Assembly (NCBI GenBank): GCA_040954595.2
Contig: CM082592.2
Coordinates: 2,928,635 to 2,992,634, forward strand
Direction: 5' to 3'
Length of the DNA: 64,000 bases
DNA from: Balanoglossus misakiensis
Taxonomy: Eukaryota; Animalia; Hemichordata
Shown: positions 41,801 to 52,596 of the stretch, piece after piece
Layout of the letters: every line of letters starts with the position of its first letter
How positions within the stretch are numbered: position 1 is the stretch's first letter
Notes under the pieces: model-generated
Told to the model about the DNA's origin: nothing
The model's input: only the letters and a program-made list of their open reading frames with translations
The model's database searches: none
Position numbers and translations under genes: made by a program

Positions 41801-44800
41801 ACCTGTTTTTTCTGGAAGCTGTATAGGAAGCTGAGGTTTGCTCTGAAAGTGATATCAACATAAATGTGTGGTTACACCAAAGAATAACAAAGCTAAACAG
41901 AATCTACATACATGTATGTATACACTTATAATTTTTCAAATATTTCTTGCACATGTTCAAAATATGACATATATGCATCATATCAATGTGAACGGCCTAA
42001 TTGTCTATGGAACCGAGCACAAGAGTCTATCCTTAAACTTTGTGTGTGTGAGGACACAAAGCGACTCAAAGGATTAATCCTCTGTGTTTACAAACGGCAA
42101 AGAGTGTCTCTGAAACGTTTCTAGTTTTACCCAGTGTGAACGTGGTAACTGTCTGCACATGAAAGCAAGAACATTTGAGAAAATGCAAAGTAAACCAATT
42201 ACAAATGTACCTCTGCCTCCAAGTTCACATTCTCATACAAGTGTTGTGTGTAATCTTGGTACTTGTTCTGCAGTTCATCACGCACCAGTTCAAAGACTGC
42301 ATAATGAACAAACTGATACTGCTCCTGTATAAGATCAAAGTAAGGAATTTGTGTGATCAGTGTAAACTTTGATGATGCAGTAACTAAATATTTTTAAAAT
42401 CATGAGAAGGATAGGAAAATTACATCTCGTGAATCACAGACAGACAAACAGACAGACAGACATACATGTACATACATACATACATACAGACGGACGGATG
42501 GACGGAAGGACAGACAGACAGACACACACACACACTTACACAGATTACAGATACTGACTGATCCCATAAGCTCCCCTGGTATAATTTACAATTAGCAAAT
42601 TGGAGCTAAACAGACTAATGATCTTACCTTTGTTTGCACAATAGCTGGTCTCTGTTGCCTCATTCCATCAATAACATCAAATAAACAAAATGTATCATCC
42701 AGTTTCTGAAATGATTTAAACACGAAAGTTGAATGTCATTCATCCGAAAGATTTAGGTCAACATACATGACATATTGTGTAGAAATACTCCCTAAATTGA
42801 ATTTAAAATACAAAGGGTTACTACTATCAGATTTTAAATTATTCCGTCTGTCAATTAGTCAATTGTACCTCCTCATAGTCTCAACCTCTAAAAGCAAAAT
42901 ATCCAAGGTTTAAGCGATCATAATCAGATTACAAAACAAGTCACAAAACATTTGAATCAAACTAGACAAAAGGGAACAATGTACATGTAGCTAAGGACAT
43001 CATTTTTTAATATTAGTGAGTGACCGTCTGGAGAAAGTTCATAAAGTTTTCTGAAATATTTGTGTTTTATTACCAGCCAGTCTAGATGTATTTGAAATGA
43101 AATGTGTTTTAGCGCCCATAGTCAATAATGAATACTAACTCACCTGTGATTGTATTAACTTTCTGACATAGTCAATAACTATAACAGCGCCAGTTCTTCC
43201 ACAGCCAGCACTATCATCAAATAAAAACATATTAAATGAAACTTGAATTCACTACAAAAACACAAAGAAACCACAATAGGACTAAAACACTTACTTGCGA
43301 CTAAAACTCAAAGTCATATCTACACATGGTATTGGTAGCCATTGCACACTTGGAAATTCTTGTGGACTTTAATTTTTAACCTGATCCACCCAAAAAAATA
43401 GTTCAACCATCATAAAATGACTACACTAACCTACAATGCAAGACAATTGGTTTGTTGTCATCAGGCTGAATTTTGCGTACATCTGTCATCATCTTAATGA
43501 TAGGTAATGATGACCTTGGAATGCCATGATCTGGCCATGCAGTATAATGAAGCTGATGGATTTGTCGGGTTTCCTGCAAAAATAAGCAGTAATTCGTGAA
43601 AATTTATGATGTAGAAAAAACAAAAAATAGCTAGCTATGATGAACAACTCTGCTGCACAGGTGAAAATATATACACTTCTTAAACCACCTATATGTTGTA
43701 CACACCTATGTAACAATAAAACTAAAATGTTAAAAAAGCCCCCTTTTACAGAGGTGTTAACTACATAGCTGATACAGGATCGTGCTCTTTATTCTGATGC
43801 TAGAATGTCAAAAATTCTGTGATACCAGTAGCATACTGTAAAACGGGTTATTTTCACAACAGGAAATTTCGCGATATCAAGAGAGGTAACAGTTACGCAA
43901 GGATTAATTTTCGCGTTCTCTTATTTTTACTGCATCGTTATGTCCGAAAAACATTTTACGCAACTATTTATTTTTCACGTTTTTTTTTACTCTAGCGTAT
44001 TTCGCGAAAATTTATTGCTCGGGAAAATAACCCGTTTTACAGTAGATAGAGGCAGGAGCTGGCAAGAATCATGAATTACATGTACTATACTGACAACTCA
44101 TCAAATGAAGACACTACATGTACTTTGTATAATTGCAGGAAAGTATGATGATAAAGTTGCATGAAAATTGATGTACATACCGATCCTTTTGTGGCACAAA
44201 TCTCTCTCAAGATAACATTTTGACTCAGCTGTTTCTGCTCCTTCTGAAGAGGTAAATGAATTTGAAAGCATGAGAAATAGTCAAAAGGTGAAACCTGATG
44301 TAAAAATACACAAAACAACATCTTGGAACAAACACAGAATAATCATCATCTATGGAATAATTTCTGCCTTAATCTATTTAATGGTGTTTTCTATGTTCGA
44401 TATCAACAGCACATTGCACGTTACCTATCATTTTATCATTAATCATTTTATTCCAGAGATCTACAGTACAATACCATGCATTTTAGATCTTTCAAAAAAT
44501 GTACACAATTTGGCTGATTCTATGGTCACCCTGAACATAGCATATTTAGGGGCTATTACAGAAAGCCTTTAACTACTATGTGAAATTGAATGTATATGGT
44601 CAGTTAATGGCAACGTGAGTGTTAATTGCCCAGCTGTCAAGTCCAAACCATGGTCATTGACCCGTCCAATAAAGAGTCAAATTAAGAATTTTTTCCCGAA
44701 AAATCAGGTAGGTTGAATTCTTACAGCAGTCGAATGACAGGAATAATTACGGTACTTAACACTAAATATCAAATATGCTTTCAGTTCACTTACCAATGTA

Positions 44801-47800
44801 ACTTTGATGTCACCAAAACTTCTTTCATCACCACGATCTACCCAATACTGTTCACATTTTGGCTGAACAAACGGAAACAAAAAAGCATTTACGCCAGCCA
44901 TACAGTTTTTAACTTGCCATGGTCAACAAAATCATCTTCACTAGATCAACAGAATTATACAACAAGTAAGTTGGAACAAAAATGGTTCAGGCATGTTGGA
45001 ATTATGAAAATGTGAGTGAGTCACTCAGTTTGTCACCATGGCATTTCGTCTGCACAGTCTTTGTCTGCACCACGTTGCTGAAGTTGCCCGTCAGCTGGAA
45101 ATTTGAATGCCAACGTAACTGCGCCTGAGCGCGTCTGACGTCGTTTGATATCGAAGAATTTGAAATACATGACTTCACCCCATCCAAAAGACAGAAATAT
45201 CAGGACCAATATGGGCCAGACTGGTGGCAAGTTTAGATTTTATCCCAAGACGCCCCAAAATATGTCCAAAATATGATACATTGTGTTTACCTTTGCAATT
45301 TCTACAGTTTTACATGTCATCACGACAACTTCAATTTCATAATGCCACAACATTCTCCAGAAATCACCAACAGTATATGGTAATGGTCCTTGTGCAGCAA
45401 TGTAAACATTTTTCTTACCATCAATACCCTGAAATAAAAAAAAATTTAAATTTTTTACTGATGGTTGCTTGTTCCTGTATTGTAAGTATTTTTGTGGATG
45501 GATGAGAGTATTATGTCACTTTTGAATCCATTTTTTGTGTTGACATGGAGACTTTTTATCAGCAGAAATTCTTTGTGGAGAATGGCCAGGGAGGAGACCT
45601 CTGAAACTGAGGGTCCTAGATGTGATTGCTAGGGAAAGCTATCCAGAAGTTTCTTCACTAAAGTTTGAAATGGAGAGTGCAGAGGAACGTGCAGTTTCCA
45701 CCACCCCCATCCAAAAACTGTGAGGTTTTGAATGAAAAACTGTTGTTAAACTTTAGAGACTCCTAAACAAATACCTACTCAGGTTTGGAAAAGTTGTAGT
45801 GAACTTTATGAGACTTTTTGGTAAACCTATGTCAGGCCTGGACTAAAGGGACAAATCTCTCGCTCGCTGCCCCTTTTCTATTAATTGTGTTTGATACAAA
45901 ACAGTGCTTATGTTCTTCTACATATGGATATATAACGGATCAACGTTCAACCACACACAACTTCCATCCCGCTTGTAGACAAAAGAGTGAAAAACTCACC
46001 AAAATGAATAATCTGTCTCTATCGTTTATTCATTTTGGCGAGATTTTTACTCTCGTAACCTACATACGGGATAGAAGTTGATTCACTATATATTCACATG
46101 CAGAATAACATAAACGCTGCTTGTATCAAACATACGTAATGGAAAAGGGGCAGCAAGAGAGAGACTTTGTCCCTTTAAAATCAGAGGAAGCAGTCACGAA
46201 AAATAAGAGGTTACAGCAGAACAACGGCCTTGAGACAAAGAGGAGCATACTGTCCCCTACCTTGATGAAGTTAGCATTGATGTAGTCAGAACCAGCAACA
46301 TCAGGTATTTCTGGGAGAATAACCCTGGTTTCATCAACTGCAGTGAAAATAGAAAGCAAATACAATAAATCCTGTGCCTGCTTCGTAGTTATAATAAAAA
46401 GACCATCAATAAGTTGATGTAAATAAAACATTTATGATCAGTTTCAAATTTTGAACCAAATTAGTAAAATACTGATGAAATTTGATTCTTCATGTCTAAG
46501 TAATATCACTTTCACAGACCAACTGCAACTTGCAAGCTGAAAAACACACTCGATTGGCTGGTTTATACCTGTAATAACAGTGACAGACCCTTATTTATGC
46601 AAGAACATGCCCACCCAAACATCTGAATATTCATGATGCATAGCAAATCACCAGGCACTGTGAGGTACACACATTGTATATACACTATGAGCGGACCCGT
46701 GGGTAATAATACTAGCAAGAGTTCGCCACAAGAGGGCGCACAGGAGATCAGGCGGTAGCAAGAGTTCAGAAATATAGCTGCAAGCAGCGATGACGGGCCC
46801 AAGCTTAAGCCGAAGGTCAAAGGTCATAAGTGGTCACCCAAAATTTGGGCAAGAAATTTTGACCCCATACTGGTCCGTGTCCCACAAGAACAAAATCTCT
46901 AGCCCTATTGGTTCGCCTACAATTATGTATGTGCATAATTAATGAGGTAAAGTGTAAGGCTCCATCAGGAGTTCCATCCCTCCAAATGCCACGGCTGTAG
47001 CTGCTGTGCATGCCGAGATATGGTAAAGTAGGTCAAAGGTCACCTGAGGTCACCCAAAATTTGGGCAAGAAATTTTGACCCCATACTGGTTCATGTTCAG
47101 CAAAAATCAAACCTCTAGTCCTATTGGTTGGCCTGGAATTAGGTATGCACATAATTAATGAGATAAGCAGGTGTCACAGGTGACCCTCAATTTTGGCTTT
47201 TAAATTTTAGTCCCAACCCTCCAAACGCCAAGTCTGTACCTGCTCAGGATGCCGAGATATAGGAAAGTAGGTCAAAGGTCACCTGAGGTCACCCAAAATT
47301 TGGGCAATTTTTTTTTACCCTATACTGGTCCATGTCCCACAAGCACAAAACCTCTAGCCCTATTAGTTAGCCCAGAATTAGGTATGCACATAATTAATGA
47401 GTTAAGCAGGTGTTACAGGTGAGCCCAAAATTTTGCCTTTTATTTTGGTCCCATTTTGCTCACGGGCCAATAGAGAGTCACAGTACAGGACCATTGCACA
47501 GATGTGGACATAGCATCATAGCTTAACTATAGAAAGTATAGGCCTATGGCTGGGTCCAAAAAATATGAAATATAATATTTAAAAATCTTCTTCTCAAAAT
47601 TGACTTGGCCCAGAGCCTTGAAATTTAGCATGTAGGACACTGACCATATGGTCCGCAAAATGATTGCACAGAATTTTGATATCGTCATTCATATGCAAAT
47701 TAGGCCCATTTGAAAACTTTGCCCATATATGGTCATCAGGTCATGTGACTAATTACACATTCACGAGGGTACTGCACGAGCTCTCATAGACCTGCACCAT

Positions 47801-50800
47801 TGTGCCAAGTTTGAGATTTGTAGGTTCAGCCGTTTTCAAGATCTACCTGAGCAAAAAAACTACACAAGAAAAAAAAAAAAAAAAAAAAGATGAAAAACCC
47901 CAGTAATACCAATAGGGCACAAGCCTGCTTGGCTTGTGCCCTAAAAAGAGGAACCAAACTGATAAGAGAAAGGCAGGTACTCAACAAAACATATTCAGTT
48001 TCAATCATAGTATTTCTCTACTTTCCCTGAATAAATCGCTGTGATTACAGCAGAGAGTGGTTGACTTTTTGTACCCATAGTGCAATTCAATAATCTGTGA
48101 GATGACTCATTAAAGGTATACGGCCACCTATGCAAATTATGTTGTTACCATGGGAAATTAAGATTAGCCAATCATAGATTTTCACTGGGTGGCACCATAT
48201 GTTCTTTAGAACACTCAGATATGCCGTTTTTGCCGTTTATGGACATATTGAAATTGGAGGTTCCTGGGTACCTTTAACGTGAAGTTAAAACTACCGTAAT
48301 ACTCACATGGAAGAATATCTTTGTATCTATTTTTCTTCATATTTACGTCAAGCTCTCCATGTTTGCTTGGTTTTTCCTTTCTATATTTGACTGAACGGTG
48401 TTTCAAACTCTGTGTAATAAAGAATATGTATTGGGTTTTTTTCTATCACACATTTAAAAGATTATTACACAACAGAAACATGTCACAAATGAAATATTTA
48501 AATATGAATATTGTTGATAATCCAATAGTATCTTATATTTCGAGACTGAGCTTACAGAAACAACAAATAAGAACTTGTGACAATTATGAGAAAAGCGGGT
48601 GGAAAAAATACATTTAACAATACAATATAAACTGAACAAAAATTCAATTAATGCAATATAAACAATAAAAATATAGTAGACATTAATTAAGTAAAATGCA
48701 GAAGACATGACCTTTTTTACCATATTCCTCTCTTTCCAGACATAATCAGTTGAGTGTTCCGTCTGGCATAGAAACATGCCAGTGATTAATAGTGAAGTTA
48801 ATGACCAGCCTCGGTGCACTTCCATACAAAAGAATTTGTTACCCAGACCTACACCAACAATTTTTACATCCGAGTCCATACACGTCTTGGTTTAACATTT
48901 TCACCCCCAGTTCCCTCTTTAGAGGTCCAACTTTACCCCCAAAAAACAATAAGTTTGGACTAAACCATGGTGGCGAAAGGGTTAAGAACTCCAAAATGTG
49001 AGCAATACCGTGCAGGACAATAGTTTTGAAACAAATTGCATAATCAATGATATAGGGTATCAAAGAGACATAATTTGAGTACAGCAGCACACAAGTCAAA
49101 CAAGGAAGTTACATTTCCATATCCCTGAGTGGTCATTTACATGTAATATGGAAGTGGAAGCAAATTGCCCACAGCATAGCACATACATATATGCAGTTTC
49201 AGCAGATTTCATTTTGTTTACTTTATACACACAAATCATACATTTTCCTTCTTTTTTTTTAAATTAAAGCTATACGGTCACCTATGGAAAATTAGCTATA
49301 GTTACCATGGCAAACTGAGATCTAGCCAATCACAGATTTTCAGTGGGTGGCACACGCGAAAAAAAGAGCGCCACCATGTGTTCTTTAGAACGCTCAAATA
49401 CTCCATTTCAGCCATATATGGGCGTATGTAAATTGGAGGTGACTGTATGTATACCTTTAATTAAAAAGACCTAAGGCATTGTCAAGTCACTCATAGGCCC
49501 TGTTGGCTCAACAGATTTAGATTAGAATACAGGCTGGATTCACAAATTAAAGACATGATGTGTGTATATATATATGTACAATATGGTGCACTTGTGTGGT
49601 GTTAGTGTGCAGTTAGTGTAAATTAAAACAATAAGAATTACATTTATTTCAATTGTCAACAGAATTCTATTAATGTTGGCCAGGCTCATGATAAGCAGTC
49701 GTGATTAAAGGTTTTCTTTATGAATGATATCAATCTGCTCAAAGGTTTTGTTCCAAACGACTCTTTTGGAGAACTCTAGATGCATTTATCAGATACCGGA
49801 GAATAAACATGGCTGGCTATCACAAACGACCATACGAGAACAATATATTACACTGAACCATTACATGTATCTATCTACCAGTATCCTGTTTGAGACAGGT
49901 CATAAAGGTTAACTTTTGTGGAATTCAATGGAGCCAAGAACTGAAACACAACAGTCCAACCAATAATGGTCACTCAATGAGGTAAACTTCAGTAAATTCA
50001 CAGAATTATTTGCATATCATGAGGGATCCTAATAAGAGTACAGATGGGTAATTTTTAACCTTGTGGTAGAACATGGTAGAAAAATAGTAATTTTGACACT
50101 AACTTCAAACTGTCAATAGTGTCATGTAAATTTTCTTGTCGTCAGCTCAAATAAATTTTATAACATTAAAAAACCTACAATAATGCTTGATCATTTCCAC
50201 CTGTTCAATGCTAATAGCTTAGGCCAGGTACATGTAGACAAAATTAAAATGTTGGTATGCAGTTATTTATCACACTACCAAAATGTATGTCTTTTTAATT
50301 AAGACTGAGAACATTTATCAATGTGAGACTTATGCACACAATTACAGGTATGCAGAACACAACCAATGAAAATATCTAATGATATACTGTATCACGAAAT
50401 AATCAAGAAGTGTAAATATTGTTAACATCCTGTTCCACTGGAATCAGCACGTCTATTCAGAAAAAATTAAATTTATGTAATTTTATTTCACTATGGACAG
50501 TCACAGGGTTAGTTGAAGGGAAGGGGTCGTCACACCGCGTGGGTGTCCCCCTTGATGAGAATATGTCCTCCTATACCAGCACAAACCCCACTGCAGTCGC
50601 CACGACCTACTACATGTAGGATCTTCAGTTGCTGTCATGCCCAGTCTACGCTACGGTTGGCTGCTTCGTTCATTCTAAGAATTATCTAAGGTCTGAACAC
50701 TTGGCACGCTATACTGAGATTAAAATAATTTACAGATAATAAAATCAATTTTTCAAAGGTTCTCCAAACAGCATATCACACGACTCAAAGAGTAAACAAT

Positions 50801-52325
50801 TACCCATTGCATTTGAACTCATTGGTTCCTTTTATTTAGCCTTTCAGATGATGTACACAATGCTGATAGTGGATTAATTTACAGTAGGGTTCACACCAGA
50901 CAATTTATGCCTGCCCCAAAAGGCGTAAATTTTAAAACCTAATTAAATTTTTGCGGTCTACATTTTTGTTTTGTGGATCTACTACTAGTAAATTTCTAAA
51001 AGGATTGTATTTTCTTGTACAAATTTCTGAAATATAATGAAGCTCCAAGTATTTCACTTATCAACGCAGTCTTTATGTATGTTAGTGCAAATGTGAATTC
51101 AAGTCCGGACTATAATTCATTTGTCAACCATACCAATGGTCATGTGACTGATTGGAACTCATTATAACAATTTATTTGGTTTGGTTTGGTTAGGTTTTCG
51201 GTTATACAAATATGTTAAAGTAAAGCCAAAAACTCACACAAGGAGGCCGTAAAACTGAGGAATTCTTGAAATATAGGTTTTGTCATTCTTTGTGATTTTT
51301 TTTTTATTTCTGGTACAGTCTAGCTCCTTTCCATGACCAAAAATGCACAAGGAGACCATACATGTACCAGAAATTCAAAATATATCACTCAGAATGATGA
51401 CAAAACATTTCAAGAATGTTATGTAATGTTTCCACAGTTTTATTGTAGTTGTTTTCCTGCAGTGAGAACAACACTCAGACATGCCAATTTGCAAGAATAC
51501 CCAACAATTGTGAAAACTACTAATACTATGTACTAATTTTTGCCTGTTGGTTCTCTTCCTGCAAGCTGACAGCAGACTCCAAAATGACTCCGAAAACATC
51601 AACACTGCCTCCATAAAATGTGTGTTTCAATCTGAAGGCTGACCTTTTGAAAACAAGAGACTGATACCGTTCTATTGGTACAATGTATAACCAGGAAAGA
51701 AACAATTCGACTGCCTATCAGTACTTATATCTCAGAAACCAAATTTCCCAATGACGCAAACATGAACGGTCCATGTTGACATATTTTGCACTGCATGAAT
51801 GTGTATACAATTTTACATGGGCAAATCAGGGGAATGGGCGAAGCGTTGAAGAGATCACAGATTTTTTATATATAAAAGGCTACATGAAACACACAGTATG
51901 CACTGTGCATGCACATACTAGTATGCAATTGCATGTAATCACTGCCACAGTCAATATTCACACTGACTATCAAAAATCACAACCAATCGCTAGCCAGAAA
52001 GCACATCGACCATTTTCCATTCCAGGGCTCTATGGCTACTTAAGGCCAATGCATGCATTTGTACATGCTCTGCATAGCAAGCAAAACAGAACTGAGTCCC
52101 AAAATAAGAGAAAAACCACAGCGACAATCAAGGAAATGTTTGCTGAGATGAACAGTGCACGCCCTACACTGCACCGTACACGTACCATCAACATCACTGC
52201 ATAGGTTGAGTTATAGGAGATTTTACCTGAAATTCCCCGTGGAAGACATCATCACCTCTTTCAGTTCGTTTCGTCATGTCATTGACATAGTCAAGGAATG
52301 CTTCTAAATGTTCCTTTACACTCAT
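35866..52325 (-). CDS. PTPN12: Non-receptor protein tyrosine phosphatase of the PEST family (PTPN12/18/22 co-orthologue), about 848 aa, 18 exons
   Basis: Exons 52227-52325, 48307-48409, 46261-46337, 45291-45428, 44794-44862, 44181-44243, 43431-43573, 43144-43210, 42628-42705, 42211-42324, 41803-41842, 40545-41492, 39789-39875, 39072-39126, 38213-38315, 37439-37646, 36718-36786, 35866-35951; phases consistent. N-terminal PTP domain: KKNRYKDILPFD, DYINANFI, YIAAQGP, KCEQYW, WPDHG, HCSAGCGRTG, RQQRPAIVQTKEQY. Also a P1-like PPDLPDRTPASY and a C-terminal homology motif FPNRPFKTNGPRETPKRW. Confidence 0.93.
37875..37910. repeat. (TACG)n/(TATG)n microsatellite
   Basis: Direct reading. Confidence 0.9.
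42437..42545. repeat. Compound (GACA)/(TACA)/(GGAC)/(CA) microsatellite
   Basis: Direct reading. It is followed by ctgactgatcccataag, which is also seen at about 15925-15940. Confidence 0.85.
43834..44044. mobile_element. ~210-bp TA-flanked MITE family (tactgtaaaac...gttttacagta)
   Basis: TIR tactgtaaaacgggttatttt / aaaataacccgttttacagta. Related copies at about 3170-3370, 8013-8227, 33524-33726 and 34732-34940, in both orientations. Confidence 0.85.
45844..46178. mobile_element. MITE with agggacaaa(g)tctctc termini
   Basis: taaagggacaaatctctc...gctgcccctttt and aaaaggggcagcaagagagagactttgtccctttaa. The same right end occurs at 20-59. Confidence 0.7.
46700..47944. mobile_element. Repeat element with 3 internal ~220-240 bp tandem units, an A-rich stretch and a 3' hairpin (HINE/Helentron-like architecture)
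   Basis: aggtcaaaggtca...ggtcacccaaaatttgggcaa recurs at about 46814, 47030 and 47269. A 13-bp-stem hairpin tagggcacaagcc-tgctt-ggcttgtgcccta lies at 47913-47943. Boundaries approximate. Confidence 0.55.
48891..48984. mobile_element. ~90-bp TTAA-flanked mini-element (piggyBac-like end)
   Basis: ttaacattttcaccccc ... ggtggcgaaagggttaa. A second copy at about 35750-35836. Confidence 0.6.
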
Positions 52326-52483
52326 TTTGTAGCGTCGACCCAGAACAAATTCTAGTGAGGTTCATACCAGGAAGTACAATTCGAAAACGTCGGCCATAAC
52401 TATCGGTCACCTCAGCTTGGCTATAGAAAAGTTAGACAAGACCCTCTAAGTTCGTAGATCTAAGAAAATTCAGAGCTGTTCAC

Positions 52484-52516
52484 GGGCGGGCGCCAGGCCA
52501 GGGCGTGGCCGGGGCT
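52484..52516. promoter_or_regulatory. GC-box cluster upstream of the PTPN12-like start codon
   Basis: GGGCGGG / GGGCGTGGC / GGGGC motifs in an AT-rich background, about 160-190 bp upstream of the ATG at 52325. Confidence 0.5.
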
Positions 52517-52596
52517 GAGTATAAAAGTGAATACATATACACTTTCAATACTTTAAGGAGCACGCATTTTGTTGTAAAGCTCGCGTTTCAACCCGA

